Origin: Podarcis vaucheri
Taxonomy: Eukaryota
Length of the DNA stretch: 64,000 nt
Direction: 5' to 3' (one strand)
NCBI GenBank assembly: GCA_965113315.1
Contig: OZ220365.1
Shown here: positions 52,290 through 63,436 of the stretch, piece by piece
Position numbering within the stretch: position 1 is the stretch's first letter
Layout of the letters: each line of letters begins with the position of its first letter
Program-made: the position numbers and the translations under genes
The notes under the pieces: generated by a model
Databases searched by the model: none
What the model saw: the letters and a program-made list of their open reading frames with translations, nothing else
Told to the model about the DNA's origin: nothing

Positions 52290-52425
52290 TCTGGGATAGC
52301 TCAGTCGGCAGAGCATGAGACTCTTAATCCCAGGGTCATGGGTTCGAGCCTCACCTTGGGCAAAAGAAATCCTGCATTGCAGGGAGTTGGACTAGATGAT
52401 CTGTGTTGTCCCTTATGATTCTATG
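52290..52425 (+). mobile_element. tRNA-Lys(CTT)-derived SINE with a CR1-type 3' tail
   Basis: TAGCTCAGTCGGCAGAGCATGAGACTCTTAATCCCAGGGTCATGGGTTCGAGCCTCACCTTGGGC is close to vertebrate tRNA-Lys-CTT but the acceptor stem is broken. It is followed by GTTGGACTAGATGAT...GTCCCTT..GATTCTATG, the CR1 terminal motif. Confidence 0.85.
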
Positions 52426-54034
52426 CCAAGCAAGAACTGAACAAGCTATCCATAAATCCATACTGTAAAACCATAAAATACAAAAAAACAAAAAAACACT
52501 TTAGATACAATTTCTAAAAGTAATGGCTTGAATTCCAAGTCGCTAAGATTTCAAAATATTAAGCAGTTTATAACTGCCTTTAAATAAAAAACCTTAAAGT
52601 ACCCTGTCCCCTCCTTCCCTCTGAAACTTCTCCAGGTGTTCAAAGACCCTTCCTGAACAACGCAGGTGGGGGCTGTGGGGGAGGAGAAACCCACTTCCTG
52701 TGAACTTCCTTATTTCAATTTATGTTAGGATCCAATTCTGATTTTGGCAGCAGCCCACAATGCCCCAACGTACCTTATTCAGGAGAGCCCCCTACTGTCC
52801 AGAGAAGCTTCTTGATGGGTGCAGGTGGCTGCAGGAGAAAGGATGTCTGTAAATGTTAACCTGTATGCTCCCTGAGGGGGGAAACAGGTCTCCTAACAAC
52901 ACTCAACACACTGAACAAACTACGGCTCCCAAGATTCCCCACCATGCAAGAACAATTGCCTCAAAAAAAAGTTTTTTCACATACTTGCAGACTTCTAAGG
53001 TTTGAAGTTTTTTTCAATCCCAAAATTAAATAATAAAAGTATTTAAATTAAATCAAGAGGATGTACCTCATCTGCCTCATCTGAGGCACTCTCAGCCTAG
53101 GACCAGACTGCAGATTACACTGATATCCTCAGATGTTTTTTCTAATCCATTTTGTATCTTTCCCTAATCTGCTAATTCCCTAATCCCCATTGCTAATCAG
53201 ATGATCAGTCTCAATTCCTAATTCAGGTTTGCTCTGGTTAATCCTAACAGCTACTGTTTTGCCACATATCCTAGATGACAATTGATGTTTAGCATCCTTG
53301 AATCAGTCATTATCACAGCATTCTGGTGTGGGGAGGGGATACTCCTGTGATGTGGCTTAGAATGCCACTATTATTTCCTGCTCTCTTTTTGCATGCTGAG
53401 CCCAAGGATGGTTTCTACGGATGGGAGAGATGCTTGTATTCTGCACAGCATCGCCACTCAAGCACAAGAAGATTGTACTGGGTACAGAAGTCAGCCCTGA
53501 ATAATGTTGTTTACATTTAAAATAAAATTTCTGAAACTTAAAGTTGCAAAGATGGGCTGCAAAGTGTGTGAATAAAATCTAATCACTTTTTTAAAGCTAG
53601 AAAAGAAAGCCTACTCATTACCAGCAGCCACAGCCCTCTGCCTCTCCCTGTGACTAACTGAAGAAGCATAAATGATTAATTCATACAGGGGATCATAGAA
53701 TCCATCTTTCTTGACATGAAATTTTGATTATCGACATACATAATTTTAATGTCTTTCTATTGCTACATGCCAAATATACACAATGGTGGCTCATTCTAAT
53801 AATGACTAAATAGGCTACATCCCAGGAGTTTGATTTATAGCTTCCCCTTTAAATTTCTACCCATCTCCAGAGCTGAAAGCTGAAACCAGCTTATTCAGGG
53901 CTTAGCTGTGTCCTGTCCCTGACATTTCTTGTGTTCATTCCAGCTTTTATAGTTTCGTAGAATTGCTTGATACAGTCCATCTTGCTGTCTTCCTGCTACG
54001 GAAAGACTGCTTCCTGCTATATTATGCATAGAGG

Positions 54035-54208
54035 CAATGCTTTTTTTCTTTAAAAATGTTTAGGGGTACTCTCATTTTGACTCCAGAAAAATCACCATTT
54101 AATAGTTCAAATCGGGGGAAATAAATACAGTAAATGGACAAAAGTACAATGATTCACAAAATATTTAGGGGTATGTGTACCCCTGCGTCCCCCCATAAAA
54201 AAGCACTT
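54035..54208. mobile_element. hAT-type MITE
   Basis: TIR CAATGCTTTTTT / AAAAAAGCACTT; 8-bp TSD CATAGAGG / AATAGAGG; TTTAGGGGTA repeated subterminally. Confidence 0.8.
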
Positions 54209-54572
54209 AATAGAGGTATCTCTATCCCTATTTCATAACACTGGATCAGTACCGCAATATAAAGCCTGCATTTTATTTTTAAAGCATTGTGATATGCCTA
54301 TAAAGAATTCATCTCCCTGTCTACTGTTTATTTAATCTGCTATATGTCTATTTAATCTCTGTCTAGAACTCAAGGTAATGTATTCCAGTTGTAGTCAAAA
54401 CAGAAATATACGTAAAAGTACTATTAAGCTGTAAGAGATCTGACTGAGCAACCTACACCGGAACTGAGCATTTTGTTCCTGGATTGCATCCATACTCATA
54501 CTTCCTATTCTAGCTCTAGGCATCACAGTCAGCACCAGCAGTCAAACCACCTGAGTATTTACATACCCATGT

Positions 54573-54700
54573 CAGATACCCAACATGGAGCTCTCCAGAT
54601 GTTGTCTGACTACAACCATTAGCCCCGCCCAGCATGACCAACAGAGTTGATGGGAGTTGCAGCCTAACACCATATAGAGAGCACAATATTGACTACTGCT
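54573..54700. mobile_element. Small palindromic hAT-type MITE relic
   Basis: CCAGATGTTG..GACTACAAC..TGATGGGAGTTG core, as in 45041-45154. Confidence 0.55.
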
Positions 54701-55005
54701 GCTGTAATCAGCTCTGAGTGAAGAGAGATATAATTTTTGAGAGTGATAATAGCACTGCTGCTGTCCAACAAGTGAACTTCAGCAGAAGTACTAAACGTAT
54801 TAATCATGAGGTACCCTAGTTGGGTTGTTGAAAATATTTCCAAAAATCACTGAGCATATTGTGGTAAATATTTTGGAAACAATAAAAAAGCTGGGCTACA
54901 TCAGAGTGAGATTATTCACTTTACAACAATCAAGTACTTGACACAATGATCAAATCAGGAGCATATATTGAATAGAAACTGTACTAGCTGTTGGACACCC
55001 TATAG

Positions 55006-55451
55006 CAGGGCAGTCCAACTTTTCATACCAAGTGGACCACAAGAGTACTTCAACATGGAAGCAGCAGGCTGTACACTGACTTGTCGCACAGGAGAGCAAG
55101 GCCAAAATTTGACACTTTCTGGCAGCCCTCATGCTGCCTTCCCAAAGCCAGCTTAGTGAAGTGTTGGGCTTTGGGAAGGAGGTACAAGGCTCTGCAAGGG
55201 TCTTAGAGCCCTCCCATCTTCTTCCCAAAGCTGGTAATGTGCTAACTAGGCTTTGGGAAGGAGGAAGGAGGACTCTGGGACCCTTTCAGAGCCCTCACAC
55301 TGCCTTCAAAAGCCCAGCACCTCATTACTTGGCTTTGGGAGAGCAGTACAAGGGCTGGGAGGGGAGGGTTGGTGTCAAATGTTGCTGAGGACTGCCAAAA
55401 AAGGCCTCAAGGGCCACATGCGGCCTTCAGGCCATGTGTTGGACCACTCTG
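55006..55451. mobile_element. hAT-type MITE with three internal hairpin units
   Basis: TIR CAGGGCAGTCCAAC / GTTGGACCACTCTG; TSD CCCTATAG / CTCTATAA. Confidence 0.72.
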
Positions 55452-55714
55452 CTCTATAAGTTAGTACAAGAGCAGAGTACCAACTGTCCTGAGGAGGCTC
55501 AAAAGAGCAGTATTCCACCAAACCCTTAATAACTGTCATAGATTTTGGTGACCAGAATTGAAAGCAGAAATGAATCCAGTTCTGCAGTTCTAGATCAACT
55601 GGTCCACTCTTGCAGGATGATTCTGAAGTCTGCTTAGCAAACCCCAAACATTATGAGTGGGATTCAGCAAAAGTGAGTATGATTTAAAATATGTATATTT
55701 ATATTATAAATATT

Positions 55715-55965
55715 TAACATATTTATAACCTACCCTTTGTCATGGGATCTCAGGGTGAAGCAATAAAGAATTATTTAAAACAACAAATCTATTAAACAAA
55801 ACATAAAAGCAGATAAAATCAGTTAACATCAATCACAAAACTACAGAGAATCATCTATAAAATTCCCAAGCTAACCATTTCCAAATGTTTGAATAAACAG
55901 GCATGTTTTAAGCTGGCGCCAAAAGAAAAGAAGAGCCAGCGACAGCCATATCTCAGAGGAAAAGA
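55715..55965 (-). mobile_element. Old L2-like 3' end
   Basis: Terminal stem-loop-like motif followed by an A-rich tract (T-rich on minus) and TTTTAAGCTGGCGCC, the same layout as the 19270 element. Confidence 0.45.
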
Positions 55966-56520
55966 TGTGCCAGTGTTGCATCAAGAGTTGTGGTATTGCC
56001 AGTCTTAAATCAAACACATGAGCATCACATGGCAAGACCTGAAACTAAAACTGGATCACCAAGCAGAGAAGTAATTGTGTGTTAAAATGTTATGCCCTAC
56101 AGTCACACTGACCAGGCCACACCTTGACCAAATCAGACACTCCCATAGATTTCACACCAATTCAACTCACATGTTTATAGAATCCAAAGTTAAAGGGATA
56201 GACGAGAGCAATGGCATGTGAGCATACCAAGCGTCATGGCAGTCTTAAAGTGCACACCAACTGGGAAGCTGGACAAGAACATGAGTTCCTGATTACACAG
56301 GATTCTCCTCTTTGTGCCCATTGTGATTGTGGTGGATGAAAGCATCCTGGCATCTCTGCTCCCCTACAGCCAAGTAGGAGATGGCTGGGAAGGAGAGGGC
56401 AGAGGGGCACCCGGGCAGACCTAAGAGTAAACTTAATGCCTCTGGTTGCATTGGAAAGACTGAAATGGGACCTTCTCACAAAGACACAACCACTGTCTTC
56501 CATTGCCCATCCTTACCCAC

Positions 56521-57021
56521 TGTCAGGTTGTGGTCTGATGCCAAATCCCACAGAGAAGGCAGGTATTGTTGGACCCTTGATTGCTCTGAGTGAACAACTC
56601 ACCCCAGCAAAGGTTGAGTGCAGACTAAGCTTTTTAAGCCTCCCACCTCCACCTCTTCCAGGCTCTACTCTGTTGTGGATAATTTTCAGGTTCTTAAAAT
56701 GCCAGTCTTCTGGCCTGAAGATGGGTACTCCTCCATTTATAGTTTCTCACCTAGTGTACTTCCAAGGCTGCTGGACGTACTGTGGGAGACCTTTGATTTC
56801 TCAGGGGAAGGTGGCTGGGGAGCCTCATGCCTTTGATGCTATAAGGGAGGTTTTTCTGGGGGTTCCTGATGGTCAGCCTCATGCTCTGTGGACTCAGTGG
56901 TTCTCCAGCACCAGGCTCCAAGCCCTGAACCTAACATGGCTACTTGTCTGAGTCCTCTGTTGAAGACTCTATAGCCTCCAGCTCTGAATCTTGTTTGCAG
57001 CTGGGCCCTGAGGTCGTGACA
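56521..57021 (-). mobile_element. Solo LTR, 501 bp (Gypsy-like)
   Basis: TGTCA...TGACA termini, 5-bp TSD CCCAC / CTCAC, minus strand begins TGTCACGACC, minus-strand TATAAA near 56736-56741. Confidence 0.68.
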
Positions 57022-57559
57022 CTCACCCCTTTTGCTGCAGGGTGGCATAATGTACTTTGAAGTAATCTAGGGCAAGATTGATCTGGACAGATCTTCCTTT
57101 TAGTTGTATAACTGCCTCACATTTTCATTGTATTTCCTCTTCGCTTTCCAAATGGGGCGGGGGGGGGGGAGTTCATTGCGCTTGTTGGTCTAGGATGATA
57201 GAGAGTGCCTTAATCCTCTTTAAATGCACAAACCTAACATTCTGGTATGTGACTGAATCACTCCTGAATCACTGTGTGTTGGGAGGCACACATTGTCACC
57301 ACTTTAAAAGAGAAAGGCAGCTAGATATTTCAGCAGCTAGAAGAGGGTGATTGGAGTCTAGGAACAGTAGAAAGAAAAAGGGGAAAAAAGAAAAAGAAAA
57401 AGCAAAAGAAAGAAAAGGTGTTAAGCAGCCGCTTCCACAGCTCATCTCCTGTTCCCCCAATCAAACTGGCAGGCTCTTGTGTCTCTCAGCTAATCATCAC
57501 TTCAATTTATTACAGCCAATGGACCAGAAAAAAGATCTGCATTTGTAAGAATGTGATCA

Positions 57560-57670
57560 TTTAGTGTGGCAGCACATGCACTTTGGAACTCCCTGCCTCT
57601 TGAGATTAAGCAGGCGTCTTCACTGCACTCTTCGGCACCTGCTAAAAGCATTCATGTTTAGACAAGTATT
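57560..57670 (+). mobile_element. L2 ORF2 C-terminal fragment
   Basis: Reads FSVAAHALWNSLPLEIKQASSL. Confidence 0.7.
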
Positions 57671-57895
57671 GCAACTTTTGTATGCTTTGAAGTATGTTTG
57701 CGTTTTATCTTTTTGTACACCTAATTTGGTCCTCATGTCTTATATGCATAAATCAGATATTTGCATATCTGATTTGCATTGACTCATGTACGCATTTTGA
57801 ATTTTAGCAATTATCATCCAGTGTCAGTAAACATTAGAAACTTGATCCATGAGATTCTTTGGTGGTGGGTGGTTTTTTTGCTACAACGAACTAAC

Positions 57896-58032
57896 CTTGC
57901 TGCCCACCACGGCATCAGCAAGAGCAACTGAATTCTGGTTTCTGGTGCATGAGAAAGGAACTGTAGACCTATCCTTGCGATCTGGATTCTGCGATTATCC
58001 CAGTAGGAAGTTATTCCATAAATATTATCATA
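57896..58032 (-). other. Candidate internal exon (137 bp) of an unidentified minus-strand transcript
   Basis: Acceptor TTTTCTCACAG, donor AAG|GTTAGT, one open frame YDNIYGITSYWDNRRIQIARIGLQFLSHAPETRIQLLLLMPWWAA and several retained CpGs. I do not recognise the peptide. Confidence 0.35.
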
Positions 58033-60549
58033 CTGTGAGAAAACTGATCATATGAATCATACTAAAGTGGCAAAATAAAGTTCTTTTATACTCCAACATA
58101 AAACTGGGATATAAGACATATAAAAGGGAAGTGTTTGTGATCTAGAGGTTTATTCTCTTCATAAATCAGATCTTTGCCAGTTAAATAGGCAAAAGGGTAC
58201 TCAACAGAAGTGCATGACATAGCATTGCAGCTGAAACAAGCTTATAAAAGTATTTTGTAATGATAAAATAATTAGGAAAGATATTGCCAATCTGCATAAA
58301 TATCATTTCCCAAATAATTGTGAAATAAAATGTAGACAGATATCCAGAAATAATCAAATATTTCTTCATCAAGACAGAGATGCTGATATCCATGTGCTTT
58401 TTGCCAGTCACATTGCAGAACTTTAATGCATTTGGTTAAATATTTACAGTCCACCCAAGGCCTGCTGGGGCAACATCTCATTTTCTCCCTAGAGGCTTGT
58501 AGGGATTGCAACTTTATTATCATGGTCATCATCATCAATTACATGATCATTAATTAAATTTCTATACCTCATCTGATATACAATACTATAATAACAAACA
58601 AAAACACTCCTCCACAAAGTTTAAAATGCCATAGATTGTTCTTATTATTAATATTATCCAACACAAACCCATTGAAATGAAAAAGATTGTGTTCTGCCGT
58701 TATGATAGTCTCTAACTCTTTTTTGTTTTATGTCCCTTTGCTTTTACCTGTTTTTACAAAAGGGGGGGGGTGGAACAGTGGTGAGAAAACTCTGAAATGT
58801 CCCTGATTCTGTTTGATGCAAATTTACACTTATTAAATATATAATGTATTAGGCATTATAGCTGATGTTAGGCATTTTCCTACCACATTCCTTTCTTTTT
58901 AAGTCACAGATGTGTCCAAATGACTTATTCCCTTCATGTTCTGGCTTATTTGGGTGTGCAATAGCTGACCTTTATCTGATTGGCATCTGATAGAGCACTG
59001 GTATGTCATTCTGTTTAAGAAAAATATATGCACTCTGTTGCCCTGGAGTGGGGAGTGGATGGACAATATTTTAGGAATTATCATTGCTACTCGTGATGCT
59101 TGTTTGTTTTCTTATTCTTTCAAGCATGGCATACAAAACGCAAAAGTTATGATTACTGTTTTTAATGACACGGAGACAATAATTGTAAATATCACAATAT
59201 GACAATACAGCCTAATTTTCCCCTCTGAGATGGACAAATAAAATATTAAGAAGTGATTTAACTTCTTGCCTGCTTTATTGTTTAGAGAATGCCCTGGTAC
59301 AAAGAGGCATGTTACCCTTAAGTACATCAACACATCAGCAGACATACCACCTCCGTTTAGATATCCAGGTAACTAGTACATCAAATCCTATATATGTATT
59401 CTATCATATCAGCTTTTGATCATACTTGGATCTCTTATACTTTCAACTTAAGAAGATCAACAATAATTCACAGAATTACAAACATCAAAAGCAGACTACA
59501 GCCAGGAATAAAAACATGCTATTATCCTAGCATCCATTTCTAAATCTGCATTATATTCCAGCCATTTGAATCAATAAAAGAAGCATTCTGATAGAATAAG
59601 TATCTTACTTAAAACATTTACAAGAGAAAAACCCAAATTGTTAATTCAGTGTATAATTCAAGTACTTTCCACTGTGACTTCTGATGTGTCCACCAGCATT
59701 AGATATGCATGTTGAGTATTTCCAACTGACACATCATGATTTCCTAAACCCAGATAAACTATTCCCCCTTTAAGACTGATCAAATGGATCAAATGCAACT
59801 GCAACTTAAAATGTTGTAAGAACTGTAAGAATGCTACATAATCTCACATTTATTTTTCATGTTAGTTTCTTGTAACATACTACTGTATATAAATGAAAAA
59901 TGTTACTATATATTAACTGTATTATACTCAAAATATGGAAACGCATAGACAAAATATTGCTGCATCTCAATGAAAAGCCCACTTTCCTTTTCTATTCTGT
60001 TGCTATTGTGCATTGTTAAGAGTTGCATATCTAACAGATACAATATTAAAGAGCAAAGGGGGTGGGAAATAAAATAACTTATTTCTAACAGCTGGTTTTT
60101 TTTTAGAAATAGGATGCTAAAATCAGACACACACACACACGTGCTAACTCTATTTGTTCTTAGAAATATCACAAACCTTTGAAGAAAACCTCCTACAGAG
60201 CCACTTGTACCAGACTCAACCTGATGTTTTAAAATCAGGCACAGAGATCTTCAAGCATTAGGTTGGCCCAATCTGAACTATTTGTTTTATTTGTACAGTA
60301 CCAGCAACTAGTTAGTGTAGCAGATCATTCCCCCCCAAAAAGAATGACCCAGTAAAATTGCTCTTCCTTTTTCTGTATCTCTGGTTTAGAATCATTATCT
60401 GTTTTCCCGGTCTAGTCTTAATGCTGTACATTTTACAGAGTATATAGTTCATTACATGACCAACTGGTCATGTTGTTCAGATGCCTGATTGTCATTTTCC
60501 AAAGCAACTACTCTATTCCCAATTTAAGAATGGTAAGTGCAATGCCCCA

Positions 60550-60867
60550 CTTCATGGATCACTGCCTTGCCGTGGTGAAGGGGCTTGAATAACTCAGAGA
60601 AGTTATGAGCTATGCCGTGCAGGGCCACCCAAGATGGACAGGTCATAGTGGAGAGTTTTGACCAAACGTGATCCACCTGGAGCAGGAACCGGCAAGCCAC
60701 TCCAGTATCCCTGCCAAGAAAACTCCATGGACAAAGGCAACAAGCATATAAAAGTTATGACGCTGGAAGATGAGCCCCTCAGGTCGGAAGGCGTCCAACA
60801 TGCTACTGAGGAAGAGCGGAGGACAAGTACAAGTAGATTCAGAGCTGATGAAGCGGCTGGGCCAAAG
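60550..60867 (+). mobile_element. RTE-BovB 5' end, truncated
   Basis: About 7 differences in ~318 bp from the copy starting at 63441; similarity stops abruptly at GGGCCAAAG. Confidence 0.92.
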
Positions 60868-61058
60868 AAGAAACAAGCTAAGAGGAAGGCACGTTTGGCA
60901 AACCCTCACTGTGATCAACTCCCACCCAGAAACCTATGTCCCCACTATGGAAGGATGTGTGGATCTAGAATTGGCCTCCAGTCACTTACGGACTCACTGT
61001 TAAGAGCATATTCATGGAAGACAATCTTACTTAGCTAAAAGTGATTGCCAAAGAAGAG
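60868..61058 (+). mobile_element. 3' end of a non-BovB RTE-clade LINE
   Basis: KQAKRKARLANPHCDQLPPRNLCPHYGRMCGSRIGL..SHLRTHC* (decayed C-terminal C2H2-like motif with a small frameshift), short 3' UTR and a GAA-type tail. Confidence 0.8.
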
Positions 61059-61453
61059 GAAAGAAAAAAGATAGTTCATTAATAACAAATTAAGTACAGC
61101 TGATCTGAGTGCTGTAAAAGTTTTTTTAAAACTTCAAAGGGCTTCTTAAAGGCTGTGAATCAATCAATCATGCTCAAGGTGGCTTACAAATATATATAAC
61201 AAACATAACAAAAGTAGTCATAAACAATAAACAAAACATCAAAAGCTACACAACCAAACTGAACAGTCTCCTCAAAAATCATAGGATACAAAATAAAGCT
61301 ACAAAAAATAACAGTAACAACAGCAACAGCCTCCTAGCTGGCCTAGGACCAGGTCACCTGAAAGACCCTTACACACCAACCAGATTGCTGCAATCATCAT
61401 CCTGACTGTCCTGCAGCTGCCTTGCAGTCATTTCGCTTGCATTCAAACCAAAG

Positions 61454-61625
61454 TTTCAGTGCAGCGGCATCTGCCTTTTGGAACACTGTTCCTACAGATG
61501 TCCGGCAGGCACCCACAATTTTGATGTACTGATTTGATTGTATTTTGGTGTAGACTGCCTTTTTATATATATTTATTTTTACGGATTGGTAGTTTATTAA
61601 TGTCCTTGTAAGTATTGTTTAACTT
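61454..61625 (+). mobile_element. L2 3' fragment
   Basis: FSAAASAFWNTVPTDVRQAP followed by a T-rich tract. Confidence 0.55.
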
Positions 61626-63015
61626 CAAGCAAGGTGGGGGCCTAATGCGCTTTCAGTTCATACACTGGAACAAGTTCTGGGCTATATAGAACAATGGTTT
61701 GTATGCCCCCCTGAAAAGAATTAAATTTCTCATTCTTCTAATCTCTAAAACAGGAAAGATCAGCCTGGGGTCCCAAGATATTGTTGGATAATTTATTTAT
61801 TTCACTTATTAGTTGCATGTTGCCCAAAGGTCTTACAACACATTTAAAAACAGAAACATAAATACATTACAGCATTACAAAGGATGCATATGAAACACAC
61901 GCACCTTGACTACTATCACCCCTAGCAACCGTGGCCAATGGTCAGGGAGCTGTAGCCCAATAATATCTGGGATCCCAAGGTAAGGAAAGCCTTTTTTAGA
62001 TAAACTAGAATGAATATAATGCCATTTGGGAGAAATTCTTTTTGAAGTGCATAAGAAACAGATTGATCATTTTTGATAAAGACACTTTTAATCAAGTGTA
62101 AGCACTTCAGTGTAACAGCCACCAGCTCATAAATCATAGGTTTAAAATTAAAAACCCCAAGCTGGTACTTCTGAAAAATTAGATTCTGAAGTGCTCTAGA
62201 GATAATTAGCTTTGCTTTTACTCTGTCAGCAAAGTCATTCCAAAGCCTTTAAGGCTTATACAGAAGAATCCAAAGAAGTGCAAATGGAAGTCTTGTGCTT
62301 TCCTGCCCACCCCTTCTCACTACAGCCAATAGTTACTCGTCTTCCACTCCAAAAAAGCCATACCTGGAGTGGCATGCAATGTTGTTGTGGGGCCTGCAGT
62401 TGGAGGCAGAATCAACTGAATTTGAGAAATGCCTGCCACTTATGGAAGAGCAGTTTAGATTCAAGTCATACCATTTTGCAAAGCTGACTAGGAATATTTT
62501 ATTTCAAAGACACTGGACACAGTTCAGAGAAACGGAAGTACAGATCAGCAAGTGGGAGCTGCACAAACATACAGGGTGGAGTGAAAGAAATGGGGTACAA
62601 ATGGTGAAGAAAAGCCCTTTGCCCCACTCTTGCACCTGCCACCCTTTCAGAATTTCCTATTTCCCATCTGTTCCCATGCTCCACCCTTTACCCAGCTCTC
62701 ACCCATAGCCATTGGTGGTGGAGACAGAAAGAAAGTAAAGCACTGTATGTTCAATTTCTTACCCACACCTACAGGGCAGGACATAAATTGAAATATCCCT
62801 ATAATCACTTACAAAAGATACAATCTATATCCATTGCTGGAATTGTATCAGCCATGAATAATGCATTTTATGCTACATTAACTCCGTGGAAATTAACTGA
62901 TCCATATATAATTATACCTTGTGTGCTGTTTGTACTTCTAGAAAAGTCAGTGGAATTGAATTAAACATATAGGTAGTCTCAGACACACAGTGTATTTGTG
63001 TGTGTCTAGATTCTC

Positions 63016-63017
<2 letters not shown>

Positions 63018-63051
<34 letters not shown>
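63018..63051 (+). repeat. (AC)17 microsatellite
   Basis: Read directly from the sequence. Confidence 0.97.
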
Positions 63052-63054
<3 letters not shown>

Positions 63055-63436
63055 AGATAGAAAAACAGATAGACAGACTCTTCTGTCATCATCATTGTTC
63101 CATAAAATGTTGAATATTCAAATATATTTCCAAATGGACTGAAATAAAATTAATTTAGCAAGAATTTCACATGGGAGCAGTAAAGCAAGTTCACTGGGCA
63201 AACTCAAAATAACCTCTGTCGCTTGGGTAAAGCACATGGGGCATGCACAATTTATAAAGAATTACTTCTGAAATTTAAATCTACCCATATTCTTCACATA
63301 TTGTCCTTTTTTAACTAAACAAAGGCAGAATCATGAATCCTTCAACCTGGAACATCAGTGGCTGCATTTCCCCCCTCCTTATAGACAATAAGATGATAGA
63401 AGATGTAACGGTTATTGAGTACAGTACTATGATCCA

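Noticed and set aside
52290-52362. tRNA-Lys(CTT) gene
   Set aside because: The acceptor stem does not pair, there are CpG-type substitutions, there is no oligo-T terminator, and it is fused to a CR1 tail. It is a SINE head.
55124-55357. CRISPR-like repeat-spacer array
   Set aside because: Eukaryotic context, degenerate repeats, only three units, inside a TIR/TSD-bounded MITE, and no cas genes.
56436-56951. Longest ORF in the track (171 aa)
   Set aside because: No recognisable domain, and it crosses into a solo LTR in antisense.
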